Assembly (NCBI GenBank): GCA_016206785.1 | Contig: JACQQV010000031.1 | Span: forward strand, 35,860 to 99,859 | DNA from: Candidatus Omnitrophota bacterium | GTDB lineage: Bacteria; Omnitrophota; Gorgyraeia; JACQQV01 | Direction: 5' to 3' | Length of the DNA: 64,000 nt | Translations under genes and position numbers: made by a program | Shown here: in pieces, positions 27,062 through 39,373 of the stretch | Position numbering within the stretch: position 1 is the first letter of the stretch | How the letters are laid out: each line of letters opens with the position of its first letter | Notes under the pieces: generated by a model | Database searches by the model: none | What the model was told of the DNA's origin: nothing | The model's input: only the letters and a program-made list of their open reading frames with translations

Positions 27062-27972
27062 GCAACCACCCCCACGATGTCACTTAAACGCTGAAGTCTC
27101 TCTCTTTTGGCATAGGCTTGAAGGCCCCCCAAAATTTCAAGAGGGGCTTTCGGGTTGACGAAATTCGCCGTGCCGACCTGGATCGCGGAAGAGCCGACCA
27201 TCATCATCTCGATCGCATCTTCTGCATTCATGATCCCCCCGATCCCGACGATGGGGCACTTGAGTGCCCGATACACCTGCCAGATCATCCGAAGCGCAAT
27301 CGGTTTAATGGCGGGGCCGCTCAAGCCGCCGGTCACCGTCGACAAAACCGGCCTCCGTCTCTGAACATCCACCGCCATGGCCAGAAAGGTATTGACGAGG
27401 GAGACAGCATCACTCCCGCCCTCCATCGCCGCTTTGGCCATGGTAACGATGTTGGTGACATTCGGCGAAAGTTTCGTGATGACCGGAAGGCGCGTTTCTC
27501 TCCGGACCCTTCGGACGATTTCCGTAATGCATTTTGGATTTGTCCCGAACTCAAGCCCTCCCTCTTTCACATTAGGACAAGAAACATTCAGTTCAAATCC
27601 AGAAATTCCTTTCGCGCCGCTCAAACGGGCGGTAAGCGTGGCGTAATCTTCAATCCGTTTGGCGGCGATATTGACAATAACGGGAACCTTCTCTTTCCTT
27701 AAAAAAGGGAGCTTTTTGCGAAGGAATTCATCGACGCCCACATTTTGAAGACCAATGGAATTAAGCATGCCGGAAGGGGTCTCAAGGACGCGGTAAGGAG
27801 GATTCCCTTGGCGAGGTTTTAAGGTGATGCTTTTTGTGACAAAGGCGCCGAGGCGGTTTAACGGAAAAACACGCGATTGTTCTTCTCCGTAGGAAGCGGT
27901 CCCGGAAGCGACCATGACCGGATTCTTCAGCTTCAGCGGACCGACTTGGACAGAAAGGTCTACATTAGACAT
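27058..27972 (-). CDS. pyrD: Dihydroorotate dehydrogenase class 1B, catalytic subunit
   Basis: ASGT, NSIGLQN, ELNVSCPN, KLSPN, GGLSGPAIKP. Confidence 0.95.
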   Translation of the reverse strand: MSNVDLSVQVGPLKLKNPVMVASGTASYGEEQSRVFPLNRLGAFVTKSITLKPRQGNPPYRVLETPSGMLNSIGLQNVGVDEFLRKKLPFLRKEKVPVIVNIAAKRIEDYATLTARLSGAKGISGFELNVSCPNVKEGGLEFGTNPKCITEIVRRVRRETRLPVITKLSPNVTNIVTMAKAAMEGGSDAVSLVNTFLAMAVDVQRRRPVLSTVTGGLSGPAIKPIALRMIWQVYRALKCPIVGIGGIMNAEDAIEMMMVGSSAIQVGTANFVNPKAPLEILGGLQAYAKRERLQRLSDIVGVVA

Positions 27973-28140
27973 AAGACTAAAGACCCAAGACAAAAGACTC
28001 TCGAGAAAAACAGACTAATCCCATACAATCTCCTTTGCATCAAACACAGGTCCATCGACACACGCCAGCTTATAGAAAAAGTGGTTTTCGCTCCCTTTTC
28101 CTTGAGGGTCTTGGGTCTTAGGTCTTTGGTCTTTGGTCTG
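27967..28140. repeat. Heptamer (AGACYAA-like) tandem repeats, one array inside pyrK
   Basis: AGACATA AGACTAA AGACCCA AGACAAA at about 27967-27995 and inverted GGTCTTG GGTCTTA GGTCTTT GGTCTTT at about 28107-28140. Confidence 0.65.
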
Positions 28141-28935
28141 CACCTTCACCGCGCAGCCGAAGCAAATCCCATATCCACACGGCATGTGGGCATCGATGGA
28201 GAGTTCGCAGGGAATTTTAAATTTTTTTGAAAGTTCGGAGACCTTACGAAGCATTAATCTTGGGCCGCAGGCGTACAGTTGCGTCGTGCGTCGTTCGTCC
28301 CTCGTCGCTCGTAAGTGCTTCGCAAGGAGTTCCGTTACAAGTCCTTTGAATCCGTAAGACCCATCGTCGGTGGCGACTTCAAAATGCACACCGAGTCTTC
28401 TAAAATCCTTTTCGCAGAAGACCCTATTTTTGTTTCTCGCCCCCAAAAGGATGATTACATCCTCTTTCCTCTGTTTGCCCCGTTTCGGATCAATGAGCGC
28501 TTCGGCGAGGTCGTAGAAAGGAGCAAGCCCCACCCCCCCGCCAACCAAAATGGACAGATGTTTCGGCCGCGGGTAAGAAAAGGTCACCCCGAGAGGTCCG
28601 AAGAGATTTACGACATCTCCTTTCCGGGTTTCGGACAACATACGTGTCCCACGCCCGACTACCTCATACAGGATATCCAAGATCCGCTTCTCCCGCACAC
28701 GATAAATACTGAAAGGACGGGGAAGGAGAGGGTCGTACCTGGGGATGCATCGGATCTGCACAAACTGCCCCGGCTGGATCGTCTTTGCAATCGAAGGGGC
28801 CTCAAGGCTTAGGATAAAACTTTCCTCCGCCACCTTCGCCTGCTCGATGACCTTGGCATCGAGTTGAAAGATAGGGTTCACCCCGTTAGACCTCCCAGAC
28901 AAGCGATGATTGATTAAAGGTCTAACGGGGTTCAT
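28015..28935 (-). CDS. pyrK: Dihydroorotate dehydrogenase electron transfer subunit
   Basis: [34 protein letters not shown]...C 2Fe-2S; a downstream GTG start is possible. Confidence 0.93.
   Translation of the reverse strand: MNPVRPLINHRLSGRSNGVNPIFQLDAKVIEQAKVAEESFILSLEAPSIAKTIQPGQFVQIRCIPRYDPLLPRPFSIYRVREKRILDILYEVVGRGTRMLSETRKGDVVNLFGPLGVTFSYPRPKHLSILVGGGVGLAPFYDLAEALIDPKRGKQRKEDVIILLGARNKNRVFCEKDFRRLGVHFEVATDDGSYGFKGLVTELLAKHLRATRDERRTTQLYACGPRLMLRKVSELSKKFKIPCELSIDAHMPCGYGICFGCAVKVQTKDQRPKTQDPQGKGSENHFFYKLACVDGPVFDAKEIVWD
28880..28931. repeat. Palindromic REP/MITE-like element at the pyrK 5' end
   Basis: Perfect 14-bp inverted repeat ACCCCGTTAGACCT...AGGTCTAACGGGGT. Confidence 0.65.
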
Positions 28936-31900
28936 GATACCACTTCGAGTTTTTCTTTAAGAGAATGGTGATATTCCTGAAGACTGCACACTTGAAGGTC
29001 TCCTGAAAGAAAGGCCTCGATGCCCCGCACAGACGCGGCGGCACCGGGGATCGTCGTAATACAAGGAATCCCCCGCTGGACCGCGCGACTCCGGATAAAC
29101 GCCTCGTCTGATTTTGGCTTTTTCCCCGTCGGGGTATTGATAATGAGATGAATTCCATTCTCACGGATGAGATCTAAGGCATTTGGGCTCCCCTCTTTGA
29201 TTTTTAAGATCTTACGTGCCGGAATCTGGTTTTCTGAGAGAACCTTGTGCGTCCCTGCTGTTGCGACCAAGGCATACCCGAGTTCAGCGAGGCGTTTGGC
29301 GATTGGAAGGATCGCTTTTTTGTCCTTATCCTTGACGGTGACAAAAACGGTCCCCTGCTTCGGAAGGATCTGCCCTGCGGCAAGCTGCGATTTGATATAG
29401 GCGTGGCCAAATTCGGAGTCAATTCCCATCACCTCTCCTGTCGATTTCATTTCAGGTCCCAAAATGATATCGACGCCGTGGAATCGCGTGAAAGGAAAGA
29501 CAGATTCTTTCACAGAAATGTATGGAGGGATTCTCTCCTGGGTGAAGCCGAGTTCTTTAAGAGTCTTCCCGACCATGATCTTGGCTGCCAGTTTTGCAAG
29601 AGGGATACCGATTGCTTTACTCACAAAAGGAATCGTCCGTGAGGCGCGGGGGTTGACCTCAAGCACATACACCGTCCCATTTTTTACGGCAAATTGGATA
29701 TTCATGAGGCCGACCACCTGGAGTTCTTTGGCAAGGGCATGGCTATTTTCTCGGATCTTGACGATCGTCTCGGATTTGAGCGAAAAAGGAGGCAATGCCA
29801 TGGCGCTGTCCCCTGAATGGATCCCCGCCTCTTCGATGTGCTCAAGAACTCCCCCGATGACCGTCGTCTCCCCGTCGGAAATAAGATCCACGTCGACCTC
29901 GATCGCATCTTCAAGGAATTGATCAATGAGAACCGGATGGTCTCCCGAGACAAAGACTGCCCGTTCCATGTAGCGCTCAAGGTCTTCTTCATCATAGACG
30001 ATCTCCATCGCCCGCCCTCCCAAAACATAGGAAGGACGGAGAAGGACCGGAAACCCGATCTGTCGGGCAACCTCTTTTGCCTTTTGGAGGGTGGTGGCGG
30101 TTCCGCTCTCCGGCTGCACCAGGTGGAGTTTGTCGACCACCTCTTTAAACCGTTCGCGATCCTCTGCCCGGTCGATCGCATCGGGACTTGTCCCGATAAT
30201 CAGCACCCCCGCCTTTTCAAGAGACTTGGCAAGATTAAGCGGCGTCTGCCCCCCGAACTGAACGATCACCCCCTCCGGTTTCTCACATTCCACAATATTC
30301 AACACGTCCTCCCGGGTGAGCGGTTCAAAGTAGAGTCGGTCAGAGGTGTCATAATCGGTAGAGACCGTTTCAGGGTTTGAATTCACCATAATCGTTTCGT
30401 AGCCGATCTCCTTCAAGGCAAAGGCGGCATGGACGCAACAATAATCAAATTCGATCCCCTGGCCGATCCGGTTCGGCCCTCCGCCGAGGATCATGATTTT
30501 TTTCTTCGAAGAGGGCTGCGCCTCGTTTTCAATTTCATACGTGGAATAGTAATAAGGGGTGAACGCCTCGAATTCTGCAGCACAGGTATCCACCAGTTTA
30601 AAGGTCGCCTCGACCCCCTCTTTCTTCCTCAGCTGTCGCACCGCCTCTTCGTTCATCCGCCAAAATGAAGCGAGTTGCACATCGCTAAATCCATATTGTT
30701 TCGCCTTTTTTAATAACACTGCACTCGGTTTGGAGGTGGTAAGTTCTTTCTCCATCTCGCAAAGTTCCTGAATCTGATGTAAAAACCACGGATCGATTTT
30801 GGTGAGGCCGTAGAGCTCATCGATCGAAAAATGATTTTGAATTGCGGCGCGGAGGTAAAAAATCCGGTCCTGGTTCGGAGAAGAGAGTTTTTTCCGGATT
30901 TCTTCCTTATCTTTAATGGAAAAGTCTTTTCCATCCCCTCCTAATCCAAACCGCCCAATTTCCAACCCCCGCACCCCTTTCTGAAGCGCTTCCTTAAACG
31001 TCCTCCCGATCGCCATCGTCTCCCCGACCGATTTCATTTGGGTCGTGAGGGTGGGATCAGCGGTCGGAAATTTTTCAAACGTCCAACGGGGGATCTTGAC
31101 CACGCAGTAATCGATGGTCGGCTCAAAACAGGCAGGGGTCTTGGCGGTGATGTCGTTCGAAATCTCATCAAGGGTGTAGCCGACGGCGAGTTTTGCAGCG
31201 ATCTTTGCGATCGGGAACCCGGTGGCCTTCGAAGCAAGGGCGCTACTTCTTGAGACCCGCGGATTCATTTCGATAATCACCATCCTCCCGTTTTTGGGAT
31301 CGACGGCAAACTGAATATTGCTTCCTCCCGTCTCTACCCCGATTTTCCGGATGACGGCGATCGCCTGATTACGCATGAGTTGATATTCTTTATCGGTCAA
31401 GGTCTGTGCGGGGGCTACAGTGATTGAGTCTCCGGTATGAACCCCCATCGGATCGAAGTTTTCAATGGAACAGATGATGACGACATTGTCTTTCCTGTCG
31501 CGCATGACCTCCAGTTCAAATTCCTTCCACCCGATCACCGATTCTTCGATCAGCACTTCATGCTTCATGCTCAAATCAAGGCCCCGGGCGGCGATTTCGT
31601 CAAGGTCCTCGAGCGCATAAGCAATGCCTCCCCCCGTCCCCCCCAACGTGAAACTGGGACGGATCACGACGGGGAAGCCGATCTCCTTCGCAAACGTGCG
31701 AGCCTCTCCGACGCTGTGGGCGATGCTGCTTCGAGGAAGGTCCAGACCGATCTCTTGCATCGCTTTTTTGAAAAATTCCCTCTCCTCCGCCATCTTGATC
31801 GCTTGGATATTTGCCCCCAGAACCTCCACGCCGAATTTTTTCAAAACGCCTTTTTCGGAAACTTCCACCGCGACATTCAAGCCCGTCTGGCCTCCCAATG

Positions 31901-32165
31901 TCGGCAAAAGCGCGTCGGGCCTCTCCCGCTCAATAATCTTTTCGATGACCTCTGCCGTGACCGGTTCCAGATAGGTCCGATCCGCAAATTCCGGATCGGT
32001 CATGATCGTAGCGGGGTTAGAGTTGACCAAGACCACCCCATACCCCTCCTCTCGAAGGGCCTTGCAGGCCTGGGTTCCAGAATAATCGAACTCGCAGGCC
32101 TGACCGATAATGATCGGTCCGGATCCGATGATAAGAATCTTTTTGAGTTCCGTTCGTTTAGGCAT
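28932..32165 (-). CDS. carB: Carbamoyl-phosphate synthase large subunit
   Basis: [17 protein letters not shown], duplicated ATP-grasp, [16 protein letters not shown] domain. Confidence 0.98.
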   Translation of the reverse strand: MPKRTELKKILIIGSGPIIIGQACEFDYSGTQACKALREEGYGVVLVNSNPATIMTDPEFADRTYLEPVTAEVIEKIIERERPDALLPTLGGQTGLNVAVEVSEKGVLKKFGVEVLGANIQAIKMAEEREFFKKAMQEIGLDLPRSSIAHSVGEARTFAKEIGFPVVIRPSFTLGGTGGGIAYALEDLDEIAARGLDLSMKHEVLIEESVIGWKEFELEVMRDRKDNVVIICSIENFDPMGVHTGDSITVAPAQTLTDKEYQLMRNQAIAVIRKIGVETGGSNIQFAVDPKNGRMVIIEMNPRVSRSSALASKATGFPIAKIAAKLAVGYTLDEISNDITAKTPACFEPTIDYCVVKIPRWTFEKFPTADPTLTTQMKSVGETMAIGRTFKEALQKGVRGLEIGRFGLGGDGKDFSIKDKEEIRKKLSSPNQDRIFYLRAAIQNHFSIDELYGLTKIDPWFLHQIQELCEMEKELTTSKPSAVLLKKAKQYGFSDVQLASFWRMNEEAVRQLRKKEGVEATFKLVDTCAAEFEAFTPYYYSTYEIENEAQPSSKKKIMILGGGPNRIGQGIEFDYCCVHAAFALKEIGYETIMVNSNPETVSTDYDTSDRLYFEPLTREDVLNIVECEKPEGVIVQFGGQTPLNLAKSLEKAGVLIIGTSPDAIDRAEDRERFKEVVDKLHLVQPESGTATTLQKAKEVARQIGFPVLLRPSYVLGGRAMEIVYDEEDLERYMERAVFVSGDHPVLIDQFLEDAIEVDVDLISDGETTVIGGVLEHIEEAGIHSGDSAMALPPFSLKSETIVKIRENSHALAKELQVVGLMNIQFAVKNGTVYVLEVNPRASRTIPFVSKAIGIPLAKLAAKIMVGKTLKELGFTQERIPPYISVKESVFPFTRFHGVDIILGPEMKSTGEVMGIDSEFGHAYIKSQLAAGQILPKQGTVFVTVKDKDKKAILPIAKRLAELGYALVATAGTHKVLSENQIPARKILKIKEGSPNALDLIRENGIHLIINTPTGKKPKSDEAFIRSRAVQRGIPCITTIPGAAASVRGIEAFLSGDLQVCSLQEYHHSLKEKLEVVS

Positions 32166-32167
32166 GG

Positions 32168-33406
32168 TTAAAAAAGTTCCAGCTGCTTATCCTTCTCCTG
32201 CGCCGCTTCCTCTCCTCCAAAAATCTCTATTTTCCCATATTCTCCGTCGTAGCCGGGATGGATCTTAAGCCTCCCCTCCCGAACACGGAGAATGCCTTCG
32301 GCGACTTTGGGAGGCGCTTGTTTTCGAAGAGCTTCTCCTGACGCCTCAAAGAGGATCAAAAACTCGTTTCCAAATTCCTGAATAAGTCTTTGATATTCCC
32401 TCTCAACGGCCTGGGAAGCAACGCCAACTCCCAGCGCTTCAGAAATAATTTCATCCAACGGAACCATGTTCCGATAAGGAATCGCCCCTCCCAGCCGGAA
32501 CCCCTCAGGTCGATCCGCAAGCGCATCCACCCGATGCATGACCCCAATCGTGACAGGCTTCCCACAGGTCGTGCAGCGCCCCTTGTGCGATTTTGTTTCC
32601 GCAGGAGACCAGACGACGTTGCACTTCCGGTGGCCGTCAAAATGATACTTTCCCTCTTCCGGGAAAAATTCGATGGTGAAAAGAAACCGTTTTGGATCTT
32701 TTCTTTGAATCGCCTCCGCGATCTCGCCATAATCCAGTTCACAGTCAAAACAGTTCGCCTCCCGTCCGAGCCGGCGGGCACTGTGACAATCGGAGTTAGA
32801 AATAAGCGCATACCGATCCAGACGGCTCAAACGCCAATTCATTGCGGGGTCACTGGAGAGCCCTGTCTCGAGGGCGAAAATGTTTTTTGCTTCCTCTTCG
32901 TAACATTCCTCGACGGTATCAAATCCTGACTGAGACCCAAAGATCGCGAAATGGGGCGTCCAGGCATGGGCCGGAATAATCAGCGCACGGGGCTCCACTC
33001 CCAGAACGATCTTCACCAGTTGCCTCGCTTCCATCATGAGAAGCGGTCTTCCGTCACTCCCCAGGTCTCCAAAAGAGGCGAGTTCCTGATTCATCTTCTC
33101 GACCGACTCCAGGCTCGGTGAAAAAATAAGGTGGTGGATATTCTTTGCCTTCCCTCCACGATAGAAAAGGGTGTTGACTTCCGTCGTCAGGATAAAATGA
33201 ACGCCATGGTATTCAAAAAGCCCGCGTCCTGTCGGGGCAAGATCTCTTTTCAGCCCCTCAAACCACAACGGATGGGTAAAATCGCCGGTCCCGATGAGCC
33301 CCACTCCCTTGAGTCGAGCCCACTTGCTCAGTTCCTTAAGATCGAGTTGGTTGCTCGTCGCCCGGCTATATTTGGAGTGAATGTGGAAATCGGCAATAAA
33401 TTTCAT
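32168..33406 (-). CDS. PHP-domain endonuclease Q family protein
   Basis: [48 protein letters not shown]...CxxC, PGYDGEYG. Confidence 0.8.
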   Translation of the reverse strand: MKFIADFHIHSKYSRATSNQLDLKELSKWARLKGVGLIGTGDFTHPLWFEGLKRDLAPTGRGLFEYHGVHFILTTEVNTLFYRGGKAKNIHHLIFSPSLESVEKMNQELASFGDLGSDGRPLLMMEARQLVKIVLGVEPRALIIPAHAWTPHFAIFGSQSGFDTVEECYEEEAKNIFALETGLSSDPAMNWRLSRLDRYALISNSDCHSARRLGREANCFDCELDYGEIAEAIQRKDPKRFLFTIEFFPEEGKYHFDGHRKCNVVWSPAETKSHKGRCTTCGKPVTIGVMHRVDALADRPEGFRLGGAIPYRNMVPLDEIISEALGVGVASQAVEREYQRLIQEFGNEFLILFEASGEALRKQAPPKVAEGILRVREGRLKIHPGYDGEYGKIEIFGGEEAAQEKDKQLELF

Positions 33407-33846
33407 AATGTTTTTAGAATTTGTGAAGCGCGCTTCCAGTGAGTCGCCGCCCAGTAAAGACGCTTACACGAAGGACATTGAGAAAAATCCTTTTGGGTTT
33501 TAAACACGTAAGGAGGTACTTTCCTTCCAACCTTTTCCTTGGCAATCCGTTTCACAGGGACATTACAGAGGAGGCATCGCAAAAAAAGCCGCTTCATTGA
33601 AAGACGGATACCGCATGATCTCCGAAGTTCCTTGAGTTGCTCGCCGAATCGATCGTGCCGGATAAGCCAAACCGGTGTCCCCCGATGACCTCTAAGGGCC
33701 AAGTGCCTTGTCAAAATGATCCGCTCATCCGCCGTCGCCTTGGCCAAGAGATCCGCAATGCGCCCCTTGAAAATCTCAGCGTCGTACCCAACAGCCCTAA
33801 GCCACTTGGCTAACCGCCCGAGTTCTGGTGTCAGCAGAAATTTCAC
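33403..33846 (-). CDS. Mut7-C RNase domain (PIN-like, Zn-ribbon) protein
   Basis: [36 protein letters not shown]. Confidence 0.82.
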   Translation of the reverse strand: MKFLLTPELGRLAKWLRAVGYDAEIFKGRIADLLAKATADERIILTRHLALRGHRGTPVWLIRHDRFGEQLKELRRSCGIRLSMKRLFLRCLLCNVPVKRIAKEKVGRKVPPYVFKTQKDFSQCPSCKRLYWAATHWKRASQILKTL

Positions 33847-34928
33847 TTTGCCATCACCCTGATAAATTCGTCGAAAAGATATCGCGCATCATGGGGACCC
33901 GGTGAAGCCTCGGGATGATACTGGACAGAAAAAACAGGAAGTTTTTTATGGCGCATCCCTTCGACGGTTTTGTCGTTCAGATTGACATGCGTCAGTATCA
34001 TTTCCCTGTCCGGGATTGAATCAATATCGACGCAGAATCCATGGTTCTGGGCGGTAATTTCCACTTTTTGACTCGCAAGATGGAGAACCGGATGGTTCCC
34101 CCCATGATGGCCGAACTTGAGTTTAAAGGTCCGCCCGCCGAATGCAAGACCCAGAATCTGGTGACCGAGGCAGATCCCGAAGATCGGAAGTTTGTCTAAA
34201 AGATTCCGCACCGTCTCGATGGCATACGTCACTGCTTCTGGATCACCCGGACCATTTGAAAGGAAGAGCCCAGCCGGCCGATAAGAAAGAACTTCGTCGG
34301 CGGTCGCGGAAGCGGGGAGTACCGTGACGCGGCACCCAAGTGCGGTGAGTTGCCGCAAAATATTCTGCTTAATGCCATAATCCATCGCGACCACAGGATA
34401 CGGGCTGGCCGCCTCTTGAGGGTTCCAGACATACGGTTTTTCACAAGTCACCTCTTTCACAAGGTCCCTTCCCACAAGGCCTGGAGACTCCTGCACTTTC
34501 TTAAGGAGTTCTTTGGGATTGTGTGTTGTTGTGGAAATGATTCCCTTTTTTGCGCCCTGTGTCCGAAGATGCTTGGTGAGCGCTCTGGTATCGACCCCCT
34601 GAATCCCCACAATCCCATATCGCGTTAAATACTCCTTAAGACCCCCCTCGGCGCGGTGGTTACTTGTGATTTGACTGAGTTCCTTGACCACAAATCCCTC
34701 GACAAACGGCCGTCGGGACTCAATATCTTCCTCATTCACTCCGTAATTCCCGATATGCGGATAGGTCATGGTGACTATCTGACCCTTATAGGAAGGATCC
34801 GTAAGGATCTCTTGATAACCGGTCATACTGGTATTAAAGACGACCTCCCCAAAGGCTTCCCCTTCCGAGCCGATCGACTCCCCTTCCAGCAAAAAATTGT
34901 CTTCCAGGCAAAGGGAAGCCTTTTTCAC
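33843..34928 (-). CDS. carA: Carbamoyl-phosphate synthase small subunit
   Basis: [33 protein letters not shown]. Confidence 0.97.
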   Translation of the reverse strand: MKKASLCLEDNFLLEGESIGSEGEAFGEVVFNTSMTGYQEILTDPSYKGQIVTMTYPHIGNYGVNEEDIESRRPFVEGFVVKELSQITSNHRAEGGLKEYLTRYGIVGIQGVDTRALTKHLRTQGAKKGIISTTTHNPKELLKKVQESPGLVGRDLVKEVTCEKPYVWNPQEAASPYPVVAMDYGIKQNILRQLTALGCRVTVLPASATADEVLSYRPAGLFLSNGPGDPEAVTYAIETVRNLLDKLPIFGICLGHQILGLAFGGRTFKLKFGHHGGNHPVLHLASQKVEITAQNHGFCVDIDSIPDREMILTHVNLNDKTVEGMRHKKLPVFSVQYHPEASPGPHDARYLFDEFIRVMAK

Positions 34929-35704
34929 GGTGAGGAATCCTCCTTTAAAATAAGCCTCATTCTCTTTTCCATCTCTTGGGTAATCTCAACGAGTTTCACA
35001 TGCTCCGGCCGAAATTCAAATTCCTCTTCTAAAAGTTCCAAGTTCGGTTGAATGTCCCAAAAATGCTGTCTCATGACCTCCTGACCCGATGCGTCGTACA
35101 GGACAAGGTCCTGAAGGAGCCCATGTTCATCTGAAATTCTCATGCGACAGAGCGCGGGGGTAAGCACCCCTTGATGCCGAATCGCCTTTTTGGGAACCCC
35201 TTCAAAAAGGTATATAGTTTTGCCATCGATTCTCTCTTCATCCAAAAACTGAAGCGTCTTCGTCTCTATGAGATCAAAAGGATTCTGAAGATTAAGAAGA
35301 TCCTGGGATGCAAAGGCATCCGGATATTTCCCCCGAAGGACTTCTTCCTGCTGGCGGAAGGCGATCCTCGCGGAAGGGAGATATTGCCAAACAATCCCCC
35401 CCTTCCAATAGATGACCTGACTCAATTCCTTTGAATCACGAAGGGACATCTCGGTCCGAAGCATCTTCGGCCATTTGAAAAGGGTGACCCCTGTTAAGAA
35501 AAATTCTTTCCCATCGGCGAGGAGCCAAAGATCAAAATTGGCTTTGTAACTCTGGACACCGAGTGCCTTCTGTTCAACTCGTGAAGCGATATGACTTCCA
35601 AGATCTTCTGCCCTCACCATGAAGGAAAGGGCCGACATCCCCACGATGCCGACGGCCACGGCTCTCAGAAAGGAGAAGTTAGTCACCCTTTGTAATTTTC
35701 CCAT
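34925..35704 (-). CDS. Exported LolA-like (lipoprotein carrier fold) protein
   Basis: Signal-like N-terminus, [17 protein letters not shown], terminal F.F.P pattern. Confidence 0.55.
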   Translation of the reverse strand: MGKLQRVTNFSFLRAVAVGIVGMSALSFMVRAEDLGSHIASRVEQKALGVQSYKANFDLWLLADGKEFFLTGVTLFKWPKMLRTEMSLRDSKELSQVIYWKGGIVWQYLPSARIAFRQQEEVLRGKYPDAFASQDLLNLQNPFDLIETKTLQFLDEERIDGKTIYLFEGVPKKAIRHQGVLTPALCRMRISDEHGLLQDLVLYDASGQEVMRQHFWDIQPNLELLEEEFEFRPEHVKLVEITQEMEKRMRLILKEDSSP

Positions 35705-36971
35705 CTTTCATCACAATCCGTCCGCTGACCATCGTGATCTTTGCGCGTCCTTTGAGCGTCCGGCCGACAAAGGGAGAATTCTTGCTTTTTGATTCAAAGT
35801 CTTCGCTCCGGAGAGTCCATGTCTCATCGGGATCAATCACAGTAATGTCCGCATCCATCCCGATCGACAACGTCCCCTTTGGAAGCCCGAGGAGTGTGGC
35901 GGGGGCTAAAGACATCCGGCTCACCAGTTCTGAAGGGGTCAATACTCCCGTATGCACAAGAGACAGACAAAGCCCGAGGGAACTTTCAAGGCCGATAATC
36001 CCAAACGGTGCCGCGTCGAACTCTGTATCCTTCTCCTGCTCCGTATGAGGGGCATGGTCGGTGGCAATGCAATCAATCGTTCCATCCTTAAGGGCCTTTT
36101 TCACCGCTTCCACATCCTCCTCCGAGCGGAGAGGTGGATTCATCTTAAAATTGGCATCGAAACAGGAGATGTCTTTATCTGTTAAGGAAAAATAATGGGG
36201 TGCGGTTTCGCAGGTCACGGCCAACCCTTGTCGCTTCGCTTCACGAATGAGTTCGATCGAGCGTTCGCTACTCACATGCGCGAAATGGACTTTCCCTCCC
36301 ACGAACTTCACAAGTTCGATGTCCCGTGCCACCATAATGCTCTCGCAGACTGAAGGGATGCCGCGAAGACCAAGAACCGTCGACGTATACCCTTCGTGCA
36401 TCACCCCTCCTTCAAAAAGGGACGGATCCTGTTCATGGGCGATGATTGGAAGCCCAAACATGGCGGCGTACTCGAGGGCGTGGCGCATCAATTTTGCATT
36501 GTGAATCGGTTTTCCATCATCGGAAAGGGCCACACATCCCACGCTCGCCAGTTCCCCGATTTCTGAAAGTTCTTCTCCTTTAAGCCCCTTGGTGACCGCG
36601 GCAACCGGAAAGACATTCACAAGGCCTACCCGTTTTGCTTCCGAGAGGAGAAATTCAACTGCCCCCCGGTTATCCACCACCGGGTCCGTGTTCGCCATCG
36701 GAAGGACAGAAGTAAATCCTCCCTTGGCCGCTGCACGACTCCCCGTCAGAATCGTTTCTTTATCCTCTCGGCCCGGCTGCCGGAGGTGGACATGCATGTC
36801 CATGAGCCCAGGCACCACCCATAATCCGTCGGCATCGATAACCTGTGAGCCGTTTGGAGAAAGATGCTTCCCGACCTGCACAATCTTTCCCCGTTCAACC
36901 AAAAGATCACACCGCTCATCCCGTTTATTCTTCGGATCAATGACCCGACCCCCTTTAAACAGAAACTTCAT
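35679..36971 (-). CDS. pyrC: Dihydroorotase
   Basis: [32 protein letters not shown]. Confidence 0.96.
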   Translation of the reverse strand: MKFLFKGGRVIDPKNKRDERCDLLVERGKIVQVGKHLSPNGSQVIDADGLWVVPGLMDMHVHLRQPGREDKETILTGSRAAAKGGFTSVLPMANTDPVVDNRGAVEFLLSEAKRVGLVNVFPVAAVTKGLKGEELSEIGELASVGCVALSDDGKPIHNAKLMRHALEYAAMFGLPIIAHEQDPSLFEGGVMHEGYTSTVLGLRGIPSVCESIMVARDIELVKFVGGKVHFAHVSSERSIELIREAKRQGLAVTCETAPHYFSLTDKDISCFDANFKMNPPLRSEEDVEAVKKALKDGTIDCIATDHAPHTEQEKDTEFDAAPFGIIGLESSLGLCLSLVHTGVLTPSELVSRMSLAPATLLGLPKGTLSIGMDADITVIDPDETWTLRSEDFESKSKNSPFVGRTLKGRAKITMVSGRIVMKDGKITKGD

Positions 36972-37911
36972 CGCGTTCCTCTTTCGCACGATTCACCTGG
37001 GAGACGAGAAATAAAACCGCCATTCTCACCGCGACCCCGTTGGTCACCTGATCGAGAATGACAGAGTAAGGTCCATCGGCCACTTCCGGCGCAATTTCAA
37101 CCCCCCGGTTCATGGGGCCGGGATGAAGGATCAGAAGATCTTTTTTTGCCTTCCGCAACCGCTCGGGGGTGATGCAAAACTTTTGCGCATACTCACGAAT
37201 AGAAGGGAAAAGACACCCCTGCTGCCGTTCCAGCTGCACCCGGAGAATGTTGAGGACATCCGCACCTGCAATCGCCTCTTCGAGGTCGCAGGTGGTCCGG
37301 GCATTGAGCCGCCCACACTCCACCGGGAGAAGCGTCTTGGGTCCGCAGAGGGTGACTTCGGCTCCCAACTTCAAAAGCCCCCAGAGGTTGGACCGTGCAA
37401 CTCTCGAATGAAGAATGTCCCCGATGATGCTGACCTTGAGCCCCTCAAGTTTCCCTTTTTTCTCCTGGATCGTCATCATATCCAGAAGCCCTTGTGTCGG
37501 ATGTTCGTGGGAACCATCCCCTGCATTCACAACGGAACTTTTGAGGGAGCGCGCAAGGAGATGGCAGCTTCCCGGCGACGGGTGGCGCATCACAAGAATA
37601 TCCACCTTCATCGCCTCGATGTTGCGCGCCATGTCCTTCAAGGTCTCTCCCTTTGCAAGACTGGAGCCCTGTACAGCGATATGCATCGCATCGGCACTTA
37701 AGCGTTTCGCAGCGAGCTCAAAACTGACCCGCGTCCTTGTCGAAGGCTCAAAAAAGAGGTTCACCACCGTCTTCCCCCGAAGTGTCGGTACCTTTTTGAT
37801 GGGACGGGCAGAAATTTCTTTAAAGGAGCGGGCCGTTTCCAAGACAAGGCGGATCTCCTTTTCGGAAAGTTCCTCGAGCCCCAAAAGATCTTTTCGGGTC
37901 CATCGCGTCAT
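36955..37911 (-). CDS. pyrB: Aspartate carbamoyltransferase
   Basis: [29 protein letters not shown]. Confidence 0.97.
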   Translation of the reverse strand: MTRWTRKDLLGLEELSEKEIRLVLETARSFKEISARPIKKVPTLRGKTVVNLFFEPSTRTRVSFELAAKRLSADAMHIAVQGSSLAKGETLKDMARNIEAMKVDILVMRHPSPGSCHLLARSLKSSVVNAGDGSHEHPTQGLLDMMTIQEKKGKLEGLKVSIIGDILHSRVARSNLWGLLKLGAEVTLCGPKTLLPVECGRLNARTTCDLEEAIAGADVLNILRVQLERQQGCLFPSIREYAQKFCITPERLRKAKKDLLILHPGPMNRGVEIAPEVADGPYSVILDQVTNGVAVRMAVLFLVSQVNRAKEERDEVSV

Positions 37912-38462
37912 CGCTCTGTCTCCTCGATCACGACCTCATCGACCCCATCCGTTTCTTGAAATCGTACCTGTACAATCTCCTGTAGAGAGGTGGGAAGATT
38001 CTTGCCGACGTAGTCGGCTCGAATAGGAAGATCCCGATGCCCTCGATCGATAAGAACCGCAAGTTGTATGGTGCGGGGTCTCCCGAAATCGATCAGTTCA
38101 TCTAAAGCGCAGCGGACGGTGCGGCCTGTAAAAAGAACGTCGTCCACCAAAATAACTTTGCGATCGGTGATGTCAAAATCGATCCGCGTCTCATGCACCA
38201 CAGGGCTTTGGGCCACCTGGGTGAGGTCATCCCGATAAAGGGTGATGTCGAGGGCGCCGAGGGTCAGCGTTGTGTCATTCATCTTGCGGATCGCTCCACT
38301 CAACCGCTGGGCAAGAATCACTCCTCGCGTCATGACCCCGATCAACACAAGGTGCCCTAGGTCCTTCTGGTTTTTCTCGACAATCTCATGGGCAAGACGG
38401 ATCACCACTTTTTCGATCCCCTCGCTGTCCAAAATTTTTGCCTTCTCTCGAAAGGAACTCAT
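37908..38462 (-). CDS. pyrR: Pyrimidine operon attenuation protein / uracil PRTase
   Basis: [35 protein letters not shown]. Confidence 0.96.
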   Translation of the reverse strand: MSSFREKAKILDSEGIEKVVIRLAHEIVEKNQKDLGHLVLIGVMTRGVILAQRLSGAIRKMNDTTLTLGALDITLYRDDLTQVAQSPVVHETRIDFDITDRKVILVDDVLFTGRTVRCALDELIDFGRPRTIQLAVLIDRGHRDLPIRADYVGKNLPTSLQEIVQVRFQETDGVDEVVIEETER

Positions 38463-38525
38463 AGGTACTTTCTTAAAAAGAAACCCTCCGGAACCGAATG
38501 TGAAAGTAATTCGGCCAAGGAGGGC

Positions 38526-38618
38526 AAAAAAATAGCCCACCCCGTCATGGGTAGGCTTCGCTTTCCAAAAACCTTCATGCCTGCTCCTTTACCAACCTCA
38601 CGGGGTTAGTTTAAAAGG
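38526..38618 (-). promoter_or_regulatory. PyrR-binding attenuator leader with terminator
   Basis: CCTTTTAA...AACCCCGTGAGGTT...AAAGG close to ARUCCNGNGAGGYU consensus; AGCCTACCC/GGGTGGGCT hairpin + T-run. Confidence 0.8.
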
Positions 38619-38632
38619 TTGCTTGTTGAAGA

Positions 38633-38661
38633 AGTATACCTTCCCCCTCACCCTTTGTCAA
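38633..38661 (-). promoter_or_regulatory. sigma70 promoter of pyr operon
   Basis: TTGACA-N17-TATACT. Confidence 0.8.
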
Positions 38662-38668
38662 GGATTTT

Positions 38669-39373
38669 TTATGTCTCCTCAGAGGAAGTTTCTCTTTCCA
38701 TACCGATCTCTTTTAAATGAAAGAGGATAACAAATTCTCCTTTCACCCCTTTTTTTTCGAAATGCGCAATCTGTTCACCCACTTTTTTGCGAAGTACCTC
38801 TTCAAATTTCTTGGTCATCTCCCGGACGATCACAACCTCGATATCCCCCAGAACCTCCAAAATATCTTTGAGACTTGAAAGAAGTCGATGCGGCGCCTCA
38901 TAAAAAATGACGGTCCTTTTTTCGGAAGAGAGCCGTCGTAACTTTCTTTGCCTTTGCCCCCTCTTGGGGGGAAGATATCCTTCAAAGACAAAGCGATCCG
39001 GCGGGAGTCCTGAGAGAACGAGGGCTGTGATCGCAGCCGTGGGCCCGGGAATCACGGTAAAGGGGATCCCTTCCCGGATCGCTCCCTGCGTCAGAAAAAA
39101 TCCGGGATCTTGAAGCACGGGGGTCCCCGCATCCGAAATCAGCGCCACATCCTTGCCTTCCTTGAGGCGCTTCAGGATTTCATCTGCACGGATCCGTTCG
39201 TTGTGATCAAAGTAACTCATGAGGGGAGCGGTAATCCCATAGGCGGAGGTCAATTTTCGGGCGTGGCGGGTGTCTTCGCAAGCAATCAAATCGACCGACC
39301 TCAAGACCTCCAAGGCCCTGAGACTAATATCTTTTAAATTTCCGATAGGGGTTGCAACAAGGTACAACACCAT
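38669..39373 (-). CDS. rsmI: 16S rRNA (cytidine1402-2'-O)-methyltransferase
   Basis: LYLVATPIGNL, EDTR, SDAGTP..DPG, FYEAPHR, REMTKKFEE. Confidence 0.95.
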   Translation of the reverse strand: MVLYLVATPIGNLKDISLRALEVLRSVDLIACEDTRHARKLTSAYGITAPLMSYFDHNERIRADEILKRLKEGKDVALISDAGTPVLQDPGFFLTQGAIREGIPFTVIPGPTAAITALVLSGLPPDRFVFEGYLPPKRGQRQRKLRRLSSEKRTVIFYEAPHRLLSSLKDILEVLGDIEVVIVREMTKKFEEVLRKKVGEQIAHFEKKGVKGEFVILFHLKEIGMERETSSEET

